From an uncultured delta proteobacterium (GTDB taxonomy: Bacteria; Myxococcota_A; Polyangia; Polyangiales; Polyangiaceae), in NCBI GenBank assembly GCA_963782055.1, contig CAWAIF010000003.1, positions 288,001 to 352,000 of the forward strand: a stretch of DNA of 64,000 nt, read 5' to 3'. The position numbers were made by a program, and so were the translations under genes. A model generated the notes under the pieces. That model ran no database searches. It saw nothing but the letters and a program-made list of their open reading frames with translations, and had not been told where the DNA came from. Below are positions 19,602 through 28,569 of the stretch, in pieces. How positions within the stretch are numbered: the first letter of the stretch is position 1; each line of letters opens with the position of its first letter.

Positions 19602-20537
19602 TCACCACGCCGGGACGCGCAGGGCCTCGCGCGGCCACGTCGCCGGAGGTGCCCCCGACGACAGCTCTGTTGCCGCGCACGGCGAGGGCGCCCGCTGCAG
19701 GCCGAGCGCGTGGGCGAGCACGCCGACGATCCGGTCGCTCGCCACTCCCTGCTCCCGGAGCGCCCGCACCGACGCACCCGGCGTGCGCTTGGCGAGGCGC
19801 TCCCCGTCGGGGCCGACCACCAGCGGCAGGTGCACGTAGCGAGGCACCTCGTGCTCCTTCGCCCCCAGCAGGCGCCTCAGGTGGATCTGCCGCGGCGTCG
19901 AGGCCAGCAGGTCGGCCCCGCGCACCACGCAGCTCACGCGCATGCGCCAGTCGTCGACCGCCACCGCGAGCTGGTACGAGAAGACGCCGTCGCCGCGCAC
20001 CAGCACGTAGTCGCCCACGTCCCGCGCCAGCGACTGAGCGAAGCGGCCCTGGCAGCCGTCGTCAATCGCAACCGTCTCGTCGGGCACGCGCAGCCTCAGC
20101 GCGGGCGGGCGCCTGAGGGCGCGACCCGGCGGCTTGTCGCGACACGTGCCGGGGTAGACCGTCTCCTCCCCCGCGTGGGGCGCGCTCGCCGCCCGCGCGA
20201 TCTCCGCGCGCGAGCAGTCGCACGGGTAGGTCAATCCTTGACGTGTCAACTGTTCCACCGCCGCGGCGTACGTGCCGCCCCGCTCCGCCTGCGCGTACGG
20301 CGCGAAGGGGCCGCCCGCGTCGGGGCCCTCGTCCCAGCCCAGCCCCAGCCACGCGAGGTCCTCGGCGATCCGCCCCGCCGACCCGGCGACCACGCGCGGC
20401 GGGTCCAGGTCCTCCACCCGCAGCACGAACGCGCCCCCCGCGCGGCGCGCGACGACCCACGACGCCAGCGCGACGAGCGCGCCGCCGAGGTGGAGGTCCC
20501 CGGTGGGCGAGGGGGCGAAGCGCGTTCGCTCGGCCAT
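19602..20537 (-). CDS. gluQ: Glutamyl-Q tRNA(Asp) synthetase
   Basis: 'RFAPSPTGDLHLG', 'RVEDLD', 'CDCSR...YPGTC', 'YQLAVAVDD', 'VRGADL', 'RLAKR'. Short, with no anticodon-binding domain. Confidence 0.88.
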   Translation of the reverse strand: MAERTRFAPSPTGDLHLGGALVALASWVVARRAGGAFVLRVEDLDPPRVVAGSAGRIAEDLAWLGLGWDEGPDAGGPFAPYAQAERGGTYAAAVEQLTRQGLTYPCDCSRAEIARAASAPHAGEETVYPGTCRDKPPGRALRRPPALRLRVPDETVAIDDGCQGRFAQSLARDVGDYVLVRGDGVFSYQLAVAVDDWRMRVSCVVRGADLLASTPRQIHLRRLLGAKEHEVPRYVHLPLVVGPDGERLAKRTPGASVRALREQGVASDRIVGVLAHALGLQRAPSPCAATELSSGAPPATWPREALRVPAW

Positions 20538-20551
20538 GCGCGTCACGTCCG

Positions 20552-21250
20552 TCACGGCGGCTGGTAGGGCCCGAAGTAAGGCGGCAGGTCCGCGTCCGGC
20601 GCCTCCGGGCGGGGCAGGAAGCGCGTGTAGACGAACGCCGTCGCCACGCCGAAGAGCGGCGCGGTGACCAGCGTGCCCACGCAGCACGCGAAGACGCCCA
20701 GGTAGACCACGATCCCCCCGACGACGAAGAAGAAGAGCAGCGGCACACGCTGTCCGCGCGCCACGCGGAAGCTCTCGGCGATCGCCTCGCGCACGCCCAT
20801 GCCGCGGTCCACCACGTAGTACGGCGCGAAGGCGAGCCCGAGCGCCACCCAGACGTAAGGCACGACGAGCAGCGGCAGCAGCGCGATCGCCGCCACGTCG
20901 ATCAGGCCCAGCAGCAGCAAGGGGAAGAAGAAGCGCACCCCGCGGCCGAGCTCGGCGAACACCGGCTGCTCCCCGCGCGCCGCCGAGCAGCGCATCGCGA
21001 TGAGCCCGCCCTCGAACAGCCTGGAGAGCACCACCGCGATGGCCGTGTCGATCGCGAAGAGCGTCAGCCCCTCACGCGAGAGGGGGTGCTCCGGTCGGAT
21101 CCAGACGCGCACGAGCTGGCCCGCGGCGAGGCTCGGCAGGGCGGCGACGACGCTCGCGCCGACGAGCGGGACGGGGTAGGCGCGGACGCCGCCCCAGCCG
21201 ACGTCCAGCGCCTCGCCCAGCGTCCAGGGGGCCACACCCCCGTCGGCCAT
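20552..21250 (-). CDS. Integral membrane protein (about 5 TM)
   Basis: Hydrophobic segments, 'EAIAESF' motif and a Pro-rich C-terminus. Confidence 0.7.
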   Translation of the reverse strand: MADGGVAPWTLGEALDVGWGGVRAYPVPLVGASVVAALPSLAAGQLVRVWIRPEHPLSREGLTLFAIDTAIAVVLSRLFEGGLIAMRCSAARGEQPVFAELGRGVRFFFPLLLLGLIDVAAIALLPLLVVPYVWVALGLAFAPYYVVDRGMGVREAIAESFRVARGQRVPLLFFFVVGGIVVYLGVFACCVGTLVTAPLFGVATAFVYTRFLPRPEAPDADLPPYFGPYQPP

Positions 21251-21477
21251 TACTCGCCCGCGGGGTGTGTCGGCGCCGCGGCCGCGGCATCCGCCCCGGC
21301 GTCGCCGGCGTCGGCGGCGATCCCGCCGTCGTCACCGCCCGTGCTGGCCACGGGCTCCGCGGGGCGCGTCGCCCAGTAGATGCCCGCGACGAGGAAGAGC
21401 AGCGCGCCGAGGGCGGGCAGCCACATCGGCGTCTTCGGCTCGTCGGATGCGTTGGGGTCGTGGGAGTCGTGCGCCAT
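21250..21477 (-). CDS. Small single-TM protein
   Basis: 'EPKTPMWLPALGALLFLVAGIYWA' followed by an Ala/Asp/Gly tail. Stop abuts the next start codon. Confidence 0.65.
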   Translation of the reverse strand: MAHDSHDPNASDEPKTPMWLPALGALLFLVAGIYWATRPAEPVASTGGDDGGIAADAGDAGADAAAAAPTHPAGE

Positions 21478-21518
21478 CGGGGCCTCGAGCCGGCGCCAAG
21501 CCCGGCCGGAGTGAAGGG

Positions 21519-21591
21519 TTGTCTCTCTTGTCCGTCTCACGGACAAGGACAAAGATGCGCGGATTGACACCGAACCCGCCGGGCGTGTCAA
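21519..21591. promoter_or_regulatory. Inverted repeats in a divergent intergenic region
   Basis: CTTGTCCGT-ctc-ACGGACAAG (21527-21547) and TTGACAC-N14-GTGTCAA (21564-21591). Confidence 0.5.
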
Positions 21592-21647
21592 GCTCCTGTA
21601 GCGCCCCGCCTCCGGGTCCTCCCTGCCCAACCTGCCGTCCTGAAGCT

Positions 21648-22679
21648 ATGCTCTCCCGTGTGATCACGCGCCGTGCGAGATGGTCCCGCCTGGGGCTCCC
21701 CCTGCTGGGGGTGCTCGGATCGCTCGCGTTTGCCCTGCTTGCCGGGGCCACGCCGCTGGAGCCGCTCCCCGGCAGCCGCACCGACACCCACGCCACCGCC
21801 ACACCCACCAGCGCCCACGATGGCCAGGAGCGGGCCCGCCTCGGCATCGTGACAATCGTCGTCTCCGGCCGGACGACAGGCCTCGGGGCGGTCCTCGGGG
21901 GCGACGGCCGCATCCTCTCCGCCCTCTCCGCGCTGCGCGGGGGCGATCACGCGGAGGTCCGCTACGCCGACGGCCACGTGGTCCACGTGCGGGTGGGTCA
22001 CAAGGACGCGGCCTGGGACCTGGCGCTGCTGGTGCCGCTCGCGGGCCGCTGGACGCAGGGCCTCTTCGCCAGCGAGCTGGACCCCCTCACCACCGAGCTC
22101 CACGCCTACAGCCTCGCCGGCGCGCGCCCCTCCCTCGTCGCGGCCAAGTACAAGGATCGGGTCGACGGCAAGGCCAAGGATGGGACCGTCCTGCCCTCCC
22201 TGATCGAGCTGGAGGGCCGGCCCCCACCTCTCGGCTCGCCCGTGCTGGACTCCGCCTACAACTCGGTGGGGATCGAGGTCCACGTCTGCAAGCAGGTGGA
22301 CGGCGGCTCGTGCGTGCCGCTCGCGGCGATTGCCCCGGTCCCCGCCCTGCGCGCGTTCCTCGCCCGCACCCCGGCCGACGCCGTCCCGCCCTCCCCGTGG
22401 CTGGGCATCAACGGTGTGCCGGAGTCGGTGGGCAGCGCCCGGGGCGTGCGGATCATGGCCGTCGCGCCGCGCTCTCCGGCCCAGCGAGGCGGCCTCAAGG
22501 GTAGCACCAGCGCCGCTCAGGCCGACGTCATCGTCGCGGCCGACGGGCAGCCGGTGGACACGCCCGAGCGCCTCGCCGAGATCATCAGCAAGCATGCCGT
22601 GGGAGACACGGTCAAGCTGAAGGTGTTCTCCCACGGAAAGTTCCGCGAGGTGCGCATCACGCTCCAGGCCCCGCCCTAG
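21648..22679 (+). CDS. Exported trypsin-like + PDZ (HtrA-like) protein, probably protease-inactive
   Basis: N-terminal hydrophobic segment, 'DLALL', and PDZ motifs 'WLGI', 'SPAQRGGL', 'DVIVAADG'. Catalytic His and Ser motifs not seen. Confidence 0.75.
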   Translation: MLSRVITRRARWSRLGLPLLGVLGSLAFALLAGATPLEPLPGSRTDTHATATPTSAHDGQERARLGIVTIVVSGRTTGLGAVLGGDGRILSALSALRGGDHAEVRYADGHVVHVRVGHKDAAWDLALLVPLAGRWTQGLFASELDPLTTELHAYSLAGARPSLVAAKYKDRVDGKAKDGTVLPSLIELEGRPPPLGSPVLDSAYNSVGIEVHVCKQVDGGSCVPLAAIAPVPALRAFLARTPADAVPPSPWLGINGVPESVGSARGVRIMAVAPRSPAQRGGLKGSTSAAQADVIVAADGQPVDTPERLAEIISKHAVGDTVKLKVFSHGKFREVRITLQAPP

Positions 22680-22854
22680 ACGGCCGGAGGCTCGGCCGCC
22701 GGACGGTCGAACAATCCGAGGGGGCTCGCGTCGACGAGATACCGCCCGGGGCCTCGATCGGGCTATCCTCCGGACCTTCTCCGGTCTCGCGTCCCACTGT
22801 CCGGTTGACACGAGAAAGCGAGCCCGGCCATGCTTTCGCTCGAAGAGGAGTCAC

Positions 22855-23628
22855 TTGTCAGGTCCCCTCCGCATCGAGGTCGCCGGCGAAACCAACGTCG
22901 GCATGAAACGCACCCACAACGAGGACAATTTCTCCATCCTCGAGGACGCGGGCCTGTACATCGTGGCCGACGGCATGGGCGGTCATGCGTCCGGTGAGGT
23001 CGCGAGCAAGATGGCGGTGGACTCCCTCAAGGAGTTCTTCGCCGCCACGGCGCAGGACCCGGAGCGGACGTGGCCCTACAAGATGGACCGCTCCAAGGGC
23101 TACGAGGAGAACCGCCTCATCACCGGCATCAAGCTGGCGAACCTGCGCATCTACGAGAGCGCGCAGCGCGACCCGCGGCAGCGCGGGATGGGCACCACCA
23201 TCGTGACCATGTTCGCGGTGGAGGACGGCGTCTACGTCGCCCACGTCGGCGACTCGCGCGTGTACCGCGTCCGCGACGACAAGATCGAGCAGCTCACCGA
23301 GGACCACTCGCTGCTCAACGACTACATCAAGATGAAGCACCTCACGCCGGAGGAGATCGCCAACTTCCCGCACAAGAACGTCATCGTGCGGGCGCTCGGC
23401 ATGAAGGACACGGTGAAGGTGGACACCCGGTACGAGCAGCCGCGCGCCGGGGACATGTATCTGCTCTGCTCCGACGGCCTGTCCGGCCCGGTGAACGACG
23501 ACCTCCTGCTGGAGATCTCCAGCGGCTCGCCGGACCTCAAGACCGCCGCCAGCCGCCTCATCGCGAAGGCGAACGAGAACGGCGGCCCGGACAACATCAC
23601 CGTCGTGCTGGCGCGCTGGCTGAGCTGA
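22855..23628 (+). CDS. PP2C-family Ser/Thr phosphatase (Stp1/PrpC type)
   Basis: 'RTHNED', 'VADGMGGH', 'GMGTT', 'HVGDSR', 'LCSDGL', 'GGPDNIT'. TTG start after GAGGAG. Confidence 0.93.
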   Translation: MSGPLRIEVAGETNVGMKRTHNEDNFSILEDAGLYIVADGMGGHASGEVASKMAVDSLKEFFAATAQDPERTWPYKMDRSKGYEENRLITGIKLANLRIYESAQRDPRQRGMGTTIVTMFAVEDGVYVAHVGDSRVYRVRDDKIEQLTEDHSLLNDYIKMKHLTPEEIANFPHKNVIVRALGMKDTVKVDTRYEQPRAGDMYLLCSDGLSGPVNDDLLLEISSGSPDLKTAASRLIAKANENGGPDNITVVLARWLS

Positions 23629-23649
23629 GCCTCCACCCCCGCCCCATCC

Positions 23650-24348
23650 TCACTCCTTCTGATCGTCTGACCTCGCTGGTGCACGACCACCCGTCGGGCG
23701 CGCCGCTCCGCGGCTGCGAGCCGGCGACAGCGATGCGCCTTGCCCCCGTGTACCTGAGAGGGACGAGGGGGAGGAGGAGAGGTCCTCTCTCGTGATCGCG
23801 CAGAGGACGTGGTCCTCCCATTTGCCTGCGATCTGCAGGTACTTCTCGGCGTGGCCCTCCCGGCGGAAGCCCACCTTCTCCAGGACGCGCAGGCTGGCGG
23901 CGTTGCGCGGCATGACGGCGGCCTGGATCCTGTGCAGGCGCAGCGCGCCGAAGGACCAGTCGACGACCGCGTGCACGCACTCGGACATCAGGCCGATGTT
24001 CAGGGCGTCCTTGTCCGTCCAGTAGCCGAGGTACGCGTTCTGGAAGACGCCGCGCACCACGCTGGAGAGCGCCACGCGGCCGAGCACCCAATCCTCCGGG
24101 CCGTCCTTCGGAAACACCAGCAGCGTGTAGCGCCTGTCGGCTCGCCACTCGCGCGCCGCCCGCGCGACGTCCTGCGAGACGCGCACCGCGGTGCGCGCCA
24201 GCGGCGCGAAGGCGCCTGCGGGGCTCCACGGGCCGAGGTGCTCCTCGTTGCGCTTCATCGACGCGGCGAGCGCGCCGACGTCGCGTGGCGCCGGGGCGCG
24301 CAGGACGAAGCGCGCCGTCTGGACGCGGGTGCGCAGCGAGACCGTCAT
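23650..24348 (-). CDS. RimJ/RimL-family GNAT acetyltransferase
   Basis: 'LGYW', 'LHRIQAAVMPRNAASLRVLEKVGF..EG', 'YLQIAGKWEDH'. Start overlaps the priA stop. Confidence 0.85.
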   Translation of the reverse strand: MTVSLRTRVQTARFVLRAPAPRDVGALAASMKRNEEHLGPWSPAGAFAPLARTAVRVSQDVARAAREWRADRRYTLLVFPKDGPEDWVLGRVALSSVVRGVFQNAYLGYWTDKDALNIGLMSECVHAVVDWSFGALRLHRIQAAVMPRNAASLRVLEKVGFRREGHAEKYLQIAGKWEDHVLCAITREDLSSSPSSLSGTRGQGASLSPARSRGAARPTGGRAPARSDDQKE

Positions 24349-26582
24349 AGGAGCTGCACCGGGTCCACGTCCGCCGTCACGCGCACCGCGCGAGGCACCA
24401 CCTCCTCGCGGGCGCGCAGGGCGGCGAACAGGGCACGGCGCAGCGCCGCGCGGTCCGCCCCGCGGAGCATCACGCGGAAGCGGAAGCGGCCGCGCAGCCG
24501 GGCGATGGGCGCGGGCGCCGGCCCGAGCACCAGCACCCCGCGCTCGGCTGCGCGCCGGGCCACGTCGCCGAGCGCCCTCCCGGCGTCGAGGGCGGCCCGC
24601 TCGTCGGTGGCGTCGATCCGCAGGAGCACCATGCGCGCAAAGGGAGGGTAGCCCAGCTCGGCGCGGTCGCCGAGCTCGCGCTCCAGGAAGGCGTCGACGT
24701 CGTGGCGCGCGGCGGCCGTGATCGCCGGGTGGTCCGGCGCGTAGGTCTGCACCAGCACGCGGCCCGGCGCGTCGGCGCGGCCCGCCCGCCCCGCGACCTG
24801 CACCATGAGCTGGAAGGCGCGCTCGGAGGCGCGGAAGTCGGGGAGCGAGAGCGCGGCGTCGGCGTTGACCACGCCCACCAGCGTCACGTGTGGCAGGTCG
24901 TGGCCCTTGGTCACCATCTGCGTGCCCACCAGGATGTCCACCTCCCGCGCGCGCACGCGGGCGAGCACCTTCTCCACCGCCTTGCCCGTCGCCACGTCGC
25001 GGTCCAGCCGGGCCACGCGCGCCTCGGGGAAGGCGCCTGCGAGCGTCTCCTCGAGCTTCTCGGTGCCGACGCCCTCCAGCGCGAGGGCGGGCGCGCCGCA
25101 CTTCGGGCAGCGCGCCGGCAGCAGCGCCTCGTACTCGCAGTAGTGGCAGCGCAGCCTGTCGCCCGCGCGCTTGTGGAAGGTGAGGGCGACCGAGCACTCC
25201 GGGCAGCTCATCGCCTCCCCGCACGCCTCGCACCGCACGCTGGGGGAGAAGCCGCGCCGGTTGAGGAAGAGGATGGCCTGCTCCTTCGCGGCGAGCGTCT
25301 GCTCGATCGCGCGGTGGAGCGGCAGGCTGAGGCGCCGGTCGCCGGTGGGGCCGGGGCCGGTGCGCTTCAGGTCGATCACCTCCACGCGCGGGAGCACCGC
25401 GCCTGCGTGGGCGCGCTCCGGGAGGCGGAGCTTGCGCGCCTTGCCGGTGCGCGCGAGCTGCTCGCTCTCCAGCGAGGGCGTCGCGCTGCCCAGCACGCAC
25501 ACGCCGCCGGCGCGGTGTGCGCGCAGGATGGCCATGTCGCGCGCGTGGTAGCGCACGCCCTCCTCCTGCTTGAACGACGAGTCGTGCTCCTCGTCCACCA
25601 CGACCAACCCCAGTCGCGCGACGGGGGCGAAGAGCGCGCTGCGCGCCCCGATGGCGACGTCCACGTCGCCGCGCCGCAGGCGCCGCCACATGCCGTGCCG
25701 CTCCTTCGGCGTGAGGCCGGAGTGCAGCACGGCCACGTCGTCGCCGAAGCGGGCGCGGAAGCGCGCGACGAGCTGCGGCGTCAGGGCGATCTCCGGCACC
25801 AGCATGAGCGCGCCGCGTTGCAGGGCGCGCGCGGCGGCAATGGCGCGCAGGTACACCTCCGTCTTGCCCGAGCCGGTGACGCCGTGGAGCAGGAAGGTGT
25901 GCGCCTGGCCGGCCCCCAGCGCCTCCTCCAGGGCGCGCACCGCCTCCGCCTGCGCGAGCGTCAGCTCCGGCGGGGTGTCCCGCGCCTCCGGCGAGGCGAA
26001 GGCGGGCCCCTCCGGCGCGTCGCGCACCACCACCCGCACCGCGCCCGCCTCGGCGAGCCGTTTGACGATGCCGCGCGCGCCGCCCCACTGCGCGGCGAGG
26101 CTGGCGAGCGTCACGCTCCCCGCCGCGCGCACGCGCGCCAGCAGCGCCGACGCTTGACTCGTCAAGCGTTCCGGCGCGCCCTCCGCGGCCTCCACCCACT
26201 GCACCTGCCGCGCGCCCACGCCGGCGGGTCTGTCGAAGAGGGTGGGCGCCGCCGCCTCCCGCGCGAGCTCGCGCTCCAGCGGAGGCAGCGCGAGGCGCAG
26301 CACGTCCCCGAGCGGCGCGACGTAGTAGGTCGCCAGCTCGCGCAGGAAGGCGAGCAGGTCCGGCGGGACGGCGGGCTCCTCGTCCGGGGCGCGCAGCAGC
26401 TCCCGCACCTTCGGCGGCGGCTCGCCCTCGCGGCGCTCCAGCACCACGCCGAGCACCCGCCGGTTGCCGAGCGGCACCAGCACGCGCGCCCCGGGCACCG
26501 CGCGCTCGGCGCACGCGCCGGGGACGGCGTAGGTCAGCGCGCGTCCGAGCGGGATGGGGAGCGCGACGTCGCAGAGCAGCAT
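24345..26582 (-). CDS. priA: Primosomal protein N' (replication restart helicase)
   Basis: 'GVTGSGKTEVY', 'DEEH', 'LNRRG', Cys-rich zinc motifs, 'GTQMVTKGHD', 'QVAGRAGR'. Confidence 0.96.
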   Translation of the reverse strand: MLLCDVALPIPLGRALTYAVPGACAERAVPGARVLVPLGNRRVLGVVLERREGEPPPKVRELLRAPDEEPAVPPDLLAFLRELATYYVAPLGDVLRLALPPLERELAREAAAPTLFDRPAGVGARQVQWVEAAEGAPERLTSQASALLARVRAAGSVTLASLAAQWGGARGIVKRLAEAGAVRVVVRDAPEGPAFASPEARDTPPELTLAQAEAVRALEEALGAGQAHTFLLHGVTGSGKTEVYLRAIAAARALQRGALMLVPEIALTPQLVARFRARFGDDVAVLHSGLTPKERHGMWRRLRRGDVDVAIGARSALFAPVARLGLVVVDEEHDSSFKQEEGVRYHARDMAILRAHRAGGVCVLGSATPSLESEQLARTGKARKLRLPERAHAGAVLPRVEVIDLKRTGPGPTGDRRLSLPLHRAIEQTLAAKEQAILFLNRRGFSPSVRCEACGEAMSCPECSVALTFHKRAGDRLRCHYCEYEALLPARCPKCGAPALALEGVGTEKLEETLAGAFPEARVARLDRDVATGKAVEKVLARVRAREVDILVGTQMVTKGHDLPHVTLVGVVNADAALSLPDFRASERAFQLMVQVAGRAGRADAPGRVLVQTYAPDHPAITAAARHDVDAFLERELGDRAELGYPPFARMVLLRIDATDERAALDAGRALGDVARRAAERGVLVLGPAPAPIARLRGRFRFRVMLRGADRAALRRALFAALRAREEVVPRAVRVTADVDPVQLL

Positions 26583-26583
26583 G

Positions 26584-27828
26584 TCAGCGCCGCACGACGA
26601 CCCAGGTCAAAAGCCCCACGATGGCGGCGAGCAGCACGAGCAGGGGCCACGGCACGCCGGACCTCCGCTCCGGCGCGAGGGTGCGCTCCGCCTGCACCGA
26701 CGGCGGCGACACGTCCACCGCCGCGAGCGACTCCGGCACCGCCTCCTCGCGGCCGGCGCCCCCGGCCTCCGGCGGCTCCGGCGTGCGGAGCGCCTTCGCC
26801 ACGAAGGTGGACACGGGCATGGCGGCCTTCGCGGCGCGCTCGCGCTCACGCCGGCCCGCGACGATGTCCTCCCCGAACGTCTCGAACAGCCACTCGCCGA
26901 GCTTCAGCGGGTTGGCGCCGAGCTTCGCCGCCTGCACGTAGCCGTCCAGGTCCTCCTTGAGCGCGGCGGCGGACGGGTGGCGGTCCGCGCGGTCCCTGGC
27001 CAGCGCCTTCTTCACGATGCCGTGCAGGCGCTCCTCGTCGGGGAGGCCTCGCGGCGGCAGGTCGGGCACCGCCGCCGCGCGCGCCTGCTCCAGCAGCGGA
27101 CCGGCGTCCGCCTTGTAGAGCTTGCGCCCGGCGAGCATCTCCCAGAGCACGATGCCGGCGGCGAAGACGTCCGCCCGGGCGTCCAGCTCCTCCCCGCGCG
27201 CGTGCTCGGGACTCATGTAGCCCGCCTTGCCCTTGATCGCCTCGCCGGGCTCCGCGCCCGCGTCCACCGCCACGTCGTTGGCGTGCGCGATGCCGAAGTC
27301 GCACACCTTCACCTCGCCGTCGAAGGAGACCAGGACGTTGGACGGCGAGACGTCCCGGTGCACCAGCCCGAGCGGCGCGCCGTCGTCGCCCTTCGCGCGG
27401 TGGGCGTAGTCCAGCCCGGCGAGCGCCTGGCTCACCACGTGGAAGGCGAGCTCCGGCGGCAGCTTCACCTTCTGCTTCGAGCACCGGCGCAGGAGGCCGG
27501 CGAGATCGAAGCCCTCCACGTACTCCATGGCGATGTAGAGGGTCTCGTCCTCCCGGCCCAGGTCGAAGACCTGCACCACGTTGGCGTGGCCGAGCCTCGC
27601 CGCCAGCTTCGCCTCCCTCACCAGCATCTCGGCGAAGTCGGCGCGCTCGGCGTACGCGGGGAGGATCTGCTTGATGACGCACTGCCGCGCGGCGCCGACA
27701 TCGGTGCTCATCCGGGCGAGGTAGATCTCCGCCATGCCGCCCTTGCCGACGAGATCGAACAGCACGTACCGCCCGAAGGGCCGCGGCAGGGGCGAGGTCT
27801 GCTCGGCGGGCCGAGGTGACTGAGCCAT
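26584..27828 (-). CDS. Ser/Thr protein kinase with C-terminal TM
   Basis: 'GKGGMAEIY', 'HRDVSPSN', 'DFGIA', 'GKAGYMSPE'. Confidence 0.92.
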   Translation of the reverse strand: MAQSPRPAEQTSPLPRPFGRYVLFDLVGKGGMAEIYLARMSTDVGAARQCVIKQILPAYAERADFAEMLVREAKLAARLGHANVVQVFDLGREDETLYIAMEYVEGFDLAGLLRRCSKQKVKLPPELAFHVVSQALAGLDYAHRAKGDDGAPLGLVHRDVSPSNVLVSFDGEVKVCDFGIAHANDVAVDAGAEPGEAIKGKAGYMSPEHARGEELDARADVFAAGIVLWEMLAGRKLYKADAGPLLEQARAAAVPDLPPRGLPDEERLHGIVKKALARDRADRHPSAAALKEDLDGYVQAAKLGANPLKLGEWLFETFGEDIVAGRRERERAAKAAMPVSTFVAKALRTPEPPEAGGAGREEAVPESLAAVDVSPPSVQAERTLAPERRSGVPWPLLVLLAAIVGLLTWVVVRR

Positions 27829-27933
27829 CCGGCAAGGTCATAGCGCGATTGCGCCCGAGAGGCATGGGTGTCGGCCTCGCGCCCCGGGCCTTGCCTGTTG
27901 CGGCGTCGCCCCGGGCCATCTATGTCCGGCCGC

Positions 27934-28569
27934 ATGTCGAAGACCAAGCTCGACGCCGAGCTCGCCGCCACCGAGGCGGCCCACCGAGACGATCCGGAGC
28001 GCGCGGAGCTCATCGCGCGGACGCGGCGCTTCAAGTCGAGCTGGATCGAGCTCGCCGAGGCGCTCACCCACGTGCGCCGCGAGCAGGCGTGGCAGCGCTG
28101 GGGCCACGACTCCTTCGAGACCTACGCGAAGAAGGAGCTGCGGCTGCGGCAGGAGACGGTGGAGAAGCTGACCGGCTCGTACGTCTTTTTGCAGAAGCGC
28201 GCGCCGGCGGTGCTGCGCCGCGACGGCATCGAGGAGGCCATCCCGAGCTACCAGGCGGTGGATTTTTTGCGCCGCGCCGAGGAGCGCGACGACGCCCCGG
28301 AGGACGCCGTCGTCGCCATCCGCAAGAAGGTGCTGGACGACGTCGCGCCGCTGCCCACCGTCGCGCGCCAGTTCGGCGACACGGTCTTCCCCATCGGCGA
28401 CGCCGAGAAGAAGAAGCGCGACGCGGCGGCGCTCAAGAACGTCGCGACCCGCCTGCGGGATCTGCTCGCGGACACGCGGGCGGTGCCGCGCCGGCTGTCC
28501 GCCGAGGTCACGTCGTCGCTGGACGAGCTCCTCGCGGCCCTCGCCGCGGGGACCGAACGCGCGGCATGA
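27934..28569 (+). CDS. Hypothetical helical protein, translationally coupled to uppP
   Basis: Coding-like codon usage and ATGA overlap with uppP. Contains 'FKSSWIELAEAL...WGHDSFETY'. Confidence 0.7.
   Translation: MSKTKLDAELAATEAAHRDDPERAELIARTRRFKSSWIELAEALTHVRREQAWQRWGHDSFETYAKKELRLRQETVEKLTGSYVFLQKRAPAVLRRDGIEEAIPSYQAVDFLRRAEERDDAPEDAVVAIRKKVLDDVAPLPTVARQFGDTVFPIGDAEKKKRDAAALKNVATRLRDLLADTRAVPRRLSAEVTSSLDELLAALAAGTERAA

Noticed and set aside
19602..20537. Canonical glutamyl-tRNA synthetase (gltX)
   Set aside because: Only about 310 aa with no anticodon-binding domain, which fits GluQ.
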